DNA of 64,000 bases from the human T2T-CHM13v2.0 reference genome, Homo sapiens. This document shows positions 54,628 to 64,000 of this stretch, piece after piece. The position numbers were made by a program, and so were the translations under genes. Every line of letters begins with the position of its first letter. Position 1 is the stretch's first letter. The notes beneath the pieces were generated by a model that worked only from the letters and a program-made list of their open reading frames with translations, did not search any database and was not told the origin of the DNA. The stretch lies in the NCBI RefSeq assembly GCF_009914755.1, contig NC_060948.1; one strand, given 5' to 3'.

Positions 54628-57600
54628 GGCCTGGAATAAAGTGGAATGCTACGGTCTCGAATGGAATAAAAATGTATGGAATGGAATGCAATGAAACGGA
54701 ATTGAATGTCATAGAATGTAATGGAATGCAAAAAAATGGAATCCAAAATCATTGACTGGAAAGGCTGGGTGTCGAAAGGAATTGACTCCAATGGAATGGA
54801 ATCGAATGGAATGGAAGTGAATAGAATCGAACTAAATCGAATGGAATGGAATTGATAGGAACGGAATGGAAAGGAATGCAATGATTTGGCATGGAATGCA
54901 ATCGAATGGCATCGAATGGAATGGAATAGAAGGCAATGGAATGGAATGTATTAGAATGTAATGAACTTTAAAGGAATGTACTCGAATGGATTCGACTGGA
55001 ATGGAATGTTCTGGAAGTGAATGGACTCCAATGGAATGGATTCAAAAGGAATGGAATCGTACGGAATGGAATCTAATGGAATGGAATTAAATGGAAATGA
55101 ATCAAATTGAATAGCACGGAATTGAATTGAATGGAATCGAATGCAATGGAATCTAATGAAACGGAAAGGAAAGGAATGGAATGGAATGGAATGGGCTGGA
55201 ATGGAAAGGAATCGAAACGAATGGAATGGAATCGAAGTGAAGAGACTGGAATGGAATGCACTGGAATGGAAGGGAGTGTAATGGAAGGTTCTCGAAAAAA
55301 ATGGAATCGAATGGAATGGAATTGAATGGAACGGAATAGAGTCGAATGGAATTGAATGGAATGGAATGGACTAGAGTGAAATGGAATCGAACCACAAGGA
55401 ATGGACAGGAATAGAATGGTCTCGAATTGAATGGAATCGTATGGAATGGCATCAAACGGAATGGAATGGACAGCCACGGAATGGAATGCACTCGAATGCA
55501 ATGGAGTCGAAACTAATTGACTGGAATAGAATGGACTCGACTGGTACGGACTCCAATGGAATGGAATCGAATGGAAGGGAATCGAACGGAATGGACTCGA
55601 AGGGAAAAGACTGCAATGGAAAGGTCTCGAATGGAATGGAAATTAATGGAATGGAATGGAATCGAATGAAATGGAGTCAAAAGGAATGGAATCGAATGGC
55701 AAGAAATCGAATGTAATGGAATCGCAAGGAATTGATGTGAACGGAACGGAATGGAATGGAATCCAAAGGAATGGAATAGAATGGAATGGAATCGAATGGA
55801 AAGGACTCGAATGGAAATCACTCGAATAGAATGCAATTTAATAAAATAGGATCAAATGGAATGGAATGGAATGGAAAGGAATCGAAACGAAAGGAATGGA
55901 GACAGATGGAATGGAATAGAACAGAGAGCAATGGTATAGAATGGAATGGAATCATCTGGAATGGAATTGAATGGAATGGAATAATATGAAATGGAATGGA
56001 ATGGAATGGAATGGAATGCCCTTGAATTAAATGGACTGGAATGGAATGGACTCGAACAGAGTGGAATGGAAAGTGTTGAGATAGAATGGAATGGACTCCT
56101 TTGGAATGGTGTAGTATGCAATGCAATCGACTGGCATGGAATCAAAAGGAATGTAATCGAATGGATTGGACTGGAATGCAATGGACTCGAATAGATTGCA
56201 AACGGAATGCAAAGGAATGGAATGGAATAGTATGGAATGGAATGGAAAGGAATGGAGTGGAATAGACTAGAGTGGAATGGAATGGACTGGAAAGCAATGG
56301 ACTGGAATGGAACTTTCTTGAATGGACTGGAATCAAACGGAATGGAATGCAATGCAATCAAATGGCATGGAATAAAATAGAATGAAAGAGAATCAAATGG
56401 AATTGAATCGAATGGAATCGAATGGATTGGAAAGGAATAGAATGGAATGGAATGGAATGGACTAGAATGGAATGGATTCGAATGGAAGGCAAAGGAATGG
56501 AATCTATTGGAATGGACTGTAATGGAATGGAATGGAAGGGATTGGAATGGACTCGAATGGAATGGACTGCAATAGAAAGGATTCGAATGGAATGAAAAAG
56601 AATTGAATGGAATAGAACAGAATGGAATCAAATCGAATGAAATGGAATGGAATAGAAAGGAATGGAATGAAATGGAATGGAAAGGATTCGAATGGAATGC
56701 AATCGAATGGAATGGAATCGAACGGAATGGAATAAAATGGAAGAAAACTGGCAAGAAATGGAATCGAAATGAATGGAGTGTTATGGAACGGACTCAAAAG
56801 GAATTGAATGTAATAGAATGGAGTGGAGTGGACTCGAATATAATGGACTGGAATGGAATGAAATCACATGGAATGGGAACGAATGGAATGGAATGGAAAG
56901 GAATGGAATCGAATGGAAAGGAATCGAATGGAAGGGAATGAAATTGAATCAACAGGAATGGAAGGGAATAGAATAGACGGTAATGGAATGGACTCGAATA
57001 GAATGGACACGAATGTTCAAATTGAATGGACTCGAATGGAATGGAAACGAAAGGAATGTCATCGAATGGAATTGAATCGATTGGAATGAAATCGCATAGA
57101 ATGGAGTGGAATCAAATGGAATTGAATCGAAAGGAAAGGAAGCGAATGGACTGAAATGAAATGGAATGGAATTGAATGGAAAGTAATGCAATGGAATAGA
57201 ATGGAACGAAATTTCACGGAATAGAATCAAACTGAATGGAATCAAATCAATGGAATCTAATCAAATGGAATGGAAAGGAATTGAATGGAGTAGATTGGAT
57301 TGGATGGGATTGGAATGAAATGTACTGGAAAGGACTCGAATTTCATGAAACGGAATGGAATGAATTGGAACGGAATGGACTCGAATGGAATGGAATGTCA
57401 TGGAATGGCATCAAATGGAATGGCATCAAATGGAATGGAATCGAATGCAATGGAATGCTATGGAATGGAATGGAATGCATTGGAATGGAATGTCCTCTAA
57501 TGGAATGGATTCGAGTGGAATGGAATCGAATATAATGGAGTCGAATGAAATGGAATTGAAAGGAATGGGATCGAATAGAATGGAATATACTGAAATGTAA

Positions 57601-58156
57601 TGTAATGAACTCGAATGTAATTGACTGGAATGGAATGTACATGAATGGAATGTAATCGAATGGAAAGTAATCCAATGGAATAGAATCTAATGCAATAAAA
57701 CCGACTCAGATAGAGTAGAATGTAATGGAATGGAGTGCAGTGCAATGGAATGGAATGGAATGGAATGCAATGGAATGGAATGGAATGGAATGGAATGGAA
57801 TGGTGTGGAATGGATAGTAATGGACTGGAGTGAAATGGACTGGAAAGGAATGGACTCAAATTGAATGGGCTCGAAAGGAATGGAGTCAAATGGAATGGTC
57901 TGGAATGGAATGAACACGAATGTAATGCAATCCAATAGAATGGAATCGAATGGCATGGAATATAAAGAAATGGAATCGAAGAGAATGGAAACAAATGGAA
58001 TGGAATTGAGTGGAATGGAATTGAATGGAATGGGAACGAATGGAGTGAAATTGTATGCAGTAGAAGGGAATAGAATGGAATGCAAGCGAAAGGAAAGGAA
58101 TGGATTGGAATGGAATGGAATTCATTGGAATGGAAGGGAATGTAGTGTAATGGACA
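54628..58156. repeat. DYZ1: DYZ1 unit U16, 3529 bp
   Basis: Tract n=6; 15 bp deletion near 56455. Confidence 0.93.
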
Positions 58157-61100
58157 GGCCTGGAATAAAGTGGAATGCTACGGTCTCGAATGGAATAAAA
58201 ATGTATGGAATGGAATGCAATGAAACGGAATCGAATGTCATAGAATGTAATGGAATGCAACAAAATGGAATCCAAAATCATTGACTGGAAAGGCTGGGTG
58301 TCGAAAGGAATTGACTCCAATGGAATGGAATCGAATGGAATGGAAGTGAATAGAATCGAACTAAATCGAATGGAATGGAATTGATAGGAACGGAATGGAA
58401 AGGAATGCAATGATTTGGCATGGAATGGAATCGAATGGCATCGAATGGAATGGAATGGAATGCAATGGAATGGAATGTATTAGAATGTAATGAACTTTAA
58501 TGGAATGTACTCGAATGGATTCGACTGGAATGGAATGTTCTGGAAGTGAATGGACTCCAGTAGAATGGATTCAAAAGGAATGGAATCGTACGGAATGGAA
58601 TCTAATGGAATGGAATTAAATGGAAATGAATCAAATTGAATAGCACGGAATTGAATTGAATGGAATGGAATGCAATGGAATCTAATGAAACGGAAAGGAA
58701 AGGAATGGAATGGAATGGAATGGGCTGGAATGGAAAGGAATCGAAACGAATGGAATGGAATCGAACTGAAGAGACTGGAATGGAATGCACTGGAATGGAA
58801 GGGAGTGTAATGGAAGGTTCTCGAAAAAAATGGAATGGAATGGAATGGAATTGAATGGAACGGAATAGAGTCGAATGGAATTGAATGGAATGGAATGGAC
58901 TAGAGTGAAATGGAATCGAACAACAAGGAATGGACAGGAATAGAATGGTCTCGAATTGAATGGAATCGTATGGAATGGCATCAAACGGAATGGAATGGAC
59001 AGCCACGGAATGGAATGCACTCGAATGCAATGGAGTCGAAACTAATGGACTGGAATAGAATGGACTCGACTGGTACGGACTCCAATGGAATGGAATCGAA
59101 TGGAAGGGAATCGAACGGAATGGACTCGAAGGGACAAGACTGCAATGGAAAGGTCTCGAATGGAATGGAAATTAATGGAATGGAATGGAATCGAATGAAA
59201 TGGAGTCAAAAGGAATGGAATCGAATGGCAAGAAATCGAATGTAATGGAATCGCAAGGAATTGATGTGAACGGAACGGAATGGAATGGAATCCAAAGGAA
59301 TGGAATAGAATGGAATGGAATCGAATGGAAAGGACTCGAATGGAAATCACTCGAATAGAATGCAATTTAATAAAATAGGATCAAATGTAATGGAATGGAA
59401 TGGAAAGGAATCGAAACGAAAGGAATGGAGACAGATGGAATGGAATGGAACAGAGAGCAATGGTATAGAATGGAATGGAATCATCTGGAATGGAATTGAA
59501 TGGAATGGAATAATATGAAATGGAATGGAATGGAATGGAATGGAATGCCCTTGAATTAAATGGACTGGAATGGAATGGACTCGAACAGAGTGGAATGGAA
59601 AGTGTTGAGATAGAATGGAATGGACTCCTTTGGAATGGTCTAGTATGCAATGCAATCGACTGGTAGGGAATCAAAAGGAATGTAATCGAATGGATTGGAC
59701 TGGAATGCAATGGACTCGAATAGATTGGAAAAGGAATGCAAAGGAATGGAATGGAATAGTATGGAATGGAATGGAAAGGAATGGAGTGGAATAGACTAGA
59801 GTGGAATGGAATGGACTGGAAAGCAATGGACTGGAATGGAACTTTCTTGAATGGACTGGAATCAAACGGAATGGAATGCAATGCAATCAAATGGCATGGA
59901 ATAAAATAGAATGAAAGAGAATCAAATGGAATTGAATCGAATGGAATCGAATGGATTGGAAAGGAATAGAATGGAATGGAATGGAATTGACTCAAATGGA
60001 ATGGACTAGAATGGAATGGATTCGAATGGAAGGCAAAGGAATGGAATCTATTGGAATGGACTGTAATGGAATGGAATGGAAGGGATTGGAATGGACTCGA
60101 ATGGAATGGACTGCAATAGAAAGGATTCGAATGGAATGAAAAAGAATTGAATGGAATAGAACAGAATGGAATCAAATCGAATGAAATGGAATGGAATAGA
60201 AAGGAATGGAATGAAATGGAATGGAAAGGATTCGAATGGAATGCAATCGAATGGAATGGAATCGAACGGAATGGAATAAAATGGAAGAAAACTGGCAAGA
60301 AATGGAATCGAAATGAATGGAGTGTTATGGAACGGACTCAAAAGGAATTGAATGTAATAGAATGGAGTGGAGTGGACTCGAATATAATGGACTGGAATGG
60401 AATGAAATCACATGGAATGGGAACGAATGGAATGGAATGGAAAGGAATGGAATCGAATGGAAAGGAATCGAATGGAAGGGAATGAAATTGAATCAACAGG
60501 AATGGAAGGGAATAGAATAGACGGTAATGGAATGGAATCGAATAGAATGGACACGAATGCTCAAATTGAATGGACTCGAATGGAATGGAAACGAAAGGAA
60601 TGTCATCGAATGGAATTGAATCGATTGGAATGAAATCGCATAGAATGGAGTGGAATCAAATGGAATTGAATCGAAAGGAAAGGAAGCGAATGGACTGAAA
60701 TGAAATGGAATGGAATTGAATGGAAAGTAATGCAATGGAATAGAATGGAATGAAATTTCACGGAATGGAATCAAACTGAATGGAATCAAATCAATGGAAT
60801 CTAATCAAATGGAATGGAAAGGAATTGAATGGAGTAGATTGGATTGGATGGGATTGGAATGAAATGTACTGGAAAGGACTCGAATTTCATGAAACGGAAT
60901 GGAATGAATTGGAACGGAATGGACTCGAATGGAATGGAATGTCATGGAATGGCATCAAATGGAATGGCATCAAATGGAATGGAATCGAATGCAATGGAAT
61001 GCTATGGAATGGAATGGAATGCATTGGAATGGAATGTCCTCTAATGGAATGGATTCGAGTGGAATGGAATCGAATATAATGGAGTCGAATGAAATGGAAT

Positions 61101-61725
61101 TGAAAGGAATGGGATCGAATAGAATGGAATATACTGAAATGTAATGTAATGAACTCGAATGTAATTGACTGGAATGGAATGTACATGAATGGAATGTAAT
61201 CGAATGGAAAGTAATCCAATGGAATAGAATCTAATGCAATAAAACCGACTCAGATAGAGTAGAATGTAATGGAATGGAGTGCAGTGCAATGGAATGGAAT
61301 GGAATTGAATGCAATGGAATGGAATGGAATGGAATGGAATGGAATGGAATGGAATGGAATGGGATGGAATGGTATGGAATGGATAGTAATGGACTGGAGT
61401 GAAATGGACTGGAAAGGAATGGACTCAAATTGAAAGGGCTCGAAAGGAATGGAGTCAAATGGAATGGTCTGGAATGGAATGAACACGAATGTAATGCAAT
61501 GCAATAGAATGGTAACGAATGGCATGGAATATAAAGAAATGGAATCGAAGAGAATGGAAACAAATGGAATGGAATTGAATGGAATGGAATTGAATGGAAT
61601 GGGAACGAATGGAGTGAAATTGTATGCAGTAGAAGGGAATAGAATGGAATGCAAGCGAAAGGAAAGGAATGGATTGGAATGGAATGGAATTCATTGGAAT
61701 GGAAGGGAATGTAGTGTAATGGACA
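58157..61725. repeat. DYZ1: DYZ1 unit U17, 3569 bp
   Basis: Anchor to anchor; tract n=11. Confidence 0.93.
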
Positions 61726-64000
61726 GGCCTGGAATAAAGTGGAATGCTACGGTCTCGAATGGAATAAAAATGTATGGAATGGAATGCAATGAAACGGAAT
61801 TGAATGTCATAGAATGTAATGGAATGCAAAAAAATGGAATCCAAAATCATTGACTGGAAAGGCTGGGTGTCGAAAGGAATTGACTCCAATGGAATGGAAT
61901 CGAATGGAATGGAAGTGAATAGAATCGAACTAAATCGAATGGAATGGAATTGATAGGAACGGAATGGAAAGGAATGCAATGATTTGGCATGGAATGGAAT
62001 CGAATGGCATCGAATGGAATGGAATGGAATGCAATGGAATGGAATGTATTAGAATGTAATGAACTTTAATGGAATGTACTCGAATGGATTCGACTGGAAT
62101 GGAATGTTCTGGAAGTGAATGGACTCCAATGGAATGGATTCCAAAGGAATGGAATCGTACGGAATGGAATCTAATGGAATGGAATTAAATGGAAATGAAT
62201 CAAATTGAATAGCACGGAATTGAATTGAATGGAATGGAATGCAATGGAATCTAATGAAACGGAAAGGAAAGGAATGGAATGGAATGGAATGGGCTGGAAT
62301 GGAAAGGAATCGAAACGAATGGAATTAAATCGAACTGAAGAGACTGGAATGGAATGCACTGGAATGGAAGGGAGTGTAATGGAAGGTTCTCGAAAAAAAT
62401 GGAATCGAATGGAATGGAATTGAATGGAACGGAATAGAGTCGAATGGAATTGAATGGAATGGAATGGACTAGAGTGAAATGGAATCGAACCACAAGGAAT
62501 GGACAGGAATAGAATGGTCTCGAATTGAATGGAATCGTATGGAATGGCATCAAACGGAATGGAATGGACAGCCACGGAATGGAATGCACTCGAATGCAAT
62601 GGAGTCGAAACTAATGGACTGGAATAGAATGGACTCGACTGGTACGGACTCCAATGGAAGGGAATCGAATGGAAGGGAATCGAACGGAATGGACTCGAAG
62701 GGAAAAGACTGCAATGGAAAGGCCTCGAATGGAATGGAAATTAATGGAATGGAATGGAATCGAATGAAATGGAGTCAAAAGGAATGGAATCGAATGGCAA
62801 GAAATCGAATGTAATGGAATCGCAAGGAATTGATGTGAACGGAACGGAATGGAATGGAATCCAAAGGAATGGAATAGAATGGAATGGAATCGAATGGAAA
62901 GGACTCGAATGGAAATCACTCGAATAGAATGCAACTTAATAAAATAGGATCAAATGTAATGGAATGGAATGGAAAGGAATCGAAACGAAAGGAATGGAGA
63001 CAGATGGAATGGAATAGAACAGAGAGCAATGGTATAGAATGGAAAGGAATCATCTGGAATGGAATTGAATGGAATGGAATAATATGAAATGGAATGGAAT
63101 GGAATGGAATGGAATGCCCTTGAATTAAATGGACTGGAATGGAATGGACTCGAACAGAGTGGAATGGAAAGTGTTGAGATAGAATGGAATGGACTCGTTT
63201 GGAATGGTCTAGTATGCAATGCAATCGACTGGCAGGGAATCAAAAGGAATGTAATCGAATGGATTGGACTGGAATGCAATGGACTCGAATAGATTGCAAA
63301 CGGAATGCAAAGGAATGGAATGGAATAGTATGGAATGGAATGGAAAGGAATGGAGTGGAATAGACTAGAGTGGAATGGAATGGACTGGAAAGCAATGGAC
63401 TGGAATGGAACTTTCTTGAATGGACTGGAATCAAACGGAATGGAATGCAATGCAATCAAATGGCATGGAATAAAATAGAATGAAAGAGAATCAAATGGAA
63501 TTGAATCGAATGGAATCGAATGGATTGGAAAGGAATAGAATGGAATGGAATGGAATGGACTAGAATGGAATGGATTCGAATGGAAGGCAAAGGAATGGAA
63601 TCTATTGGAATGGACTGTAATGGAATGGAATGGAAGGGATTGGAATGGACTCGAATGGAATGGACTGCAATAGAAAGGATTCGAATGGAATGAAAAAGAA
63701 TTGAATGGAATAGAACAGAATGGAATCAAATCGAATGAAATGGAATGGAATAGAAAGGAATGGAATGAAATGGAATGGAAAGGATTCGAATGGAATGCAA
63801 TCGAATGGAATGGAATCGAACGGAATGGAATAAAATGGAAGAAAACTGGCAAGAAATGGAATCGAAATGAATGGAGTGTTATGGAACGGACTCAAAAGGA
63901 ATTGAATGTAATAGAATGGAGTGGAGTGGACTCGAATATAATGGACTGGAATGGAATGAAATCACATGGAATGGGAACGAATGGAATGGAATGGAAAGGA
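61726..64000. repeat. DYZ1: Partial DYZ1 unit (U18)
   Basis: Starts at the anchor and runs off the window; extra GGCC at 62721; 15 bp deletion near 63553. Confidence 0.92.

Larger units (their letters stand above)
1..64000. repeat. DYZ1: DYZ1 satellite array (Human Satellite 3, Yq12 heterochromatin); ~18 head-to-tail copies of a ~3.56 kb unit built from degenerate GGAAT pentamers
   Basis: GGAAT-derived pentamers run end to end. The anchor GGACAGGCCTGGAATAAAGTGG recurs with GGCC at 1281, 4820, 8364, 11918, 15452, 19020, 22544, 26108, 29677 (GGTC variant), 33240, 36799, 40372, 43931, 47490, 51064, 54628, 58157 and 61726; mean spacing 3555.6 bp, matching the known 3564 bp DYZ1 unit with one HaeIII and one EcoRI site. 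Family identification is from recall, not a database search. Confidence 0.97.

Noticed and set aside
2-63895. Hundreds of ORFs (MEWNG-like on +, HSIPF-like on -)
   Set aside because: (GGAAT)3 encodes MEWNG and its complement HSIPF with no stops, so ORFs arise automatically; they overlap in all frames, are low complexity and recur with the satellite.
1-64000. CRISPR-like or other repeat-spacer system
   Set aside because: No unique spacers and no cas genes; the variable pentamers recur identically every ~3.56 kb.
1-64000. Embedded Alu, L1, DYZ2 block, inversion or unique-sequence island
   Set aside because: None seen; all complete unit lengths are fully accounted for by pentamer-scale indels, leaving no room for an insertion, and GGAAT stays on the + strand throughout.
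1-64000. HSat2 or autosomal HSat3 (e.g. 9q12) assignment
   Set aside because: Lacks the dominant CATTCGATTC/ATCATC-type HSat2 pattern; the 3.56 kb period and primer-site matches point to DYZ1.

Overview
The whole 64 kb is one uninterrupted, single-orientation tandem satellite array. It consists of degenerate (GGAAT)n/(ATTCC)n pentamers arranged in a ~3.56 kb higher-order unit, present as 17 complete copies plus two partial ones. The unit size (3524-3574 bp), the single HaeIII/StuI and EcoRI site per unit, and exact matches to the classical sexing primers as I recall them identify it as human Y-chromosome DYZ1 (Human Satellite 3, Yq12 heterochromatin), with the GGAAT strand as +. I found no gene, RNA gene, mobile element, CRISPR array, DYZ2 block or inversion, and all listed ORFs are artefacts of the pentamer. 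I cannot support a new protein-coding system. What is informative is the fine structure: (i) three perfect, in-register heat-shock elements per unit, with copy-specific losses and one gain; (ii) a single hypervariable GGAAT tract which, with nine small indels, explains every complete unit length exactly; (iii) a readable history of local duplications, a period-2 signal and mosaic copies. All alignments and counts were done by eye and need computational confirmation.
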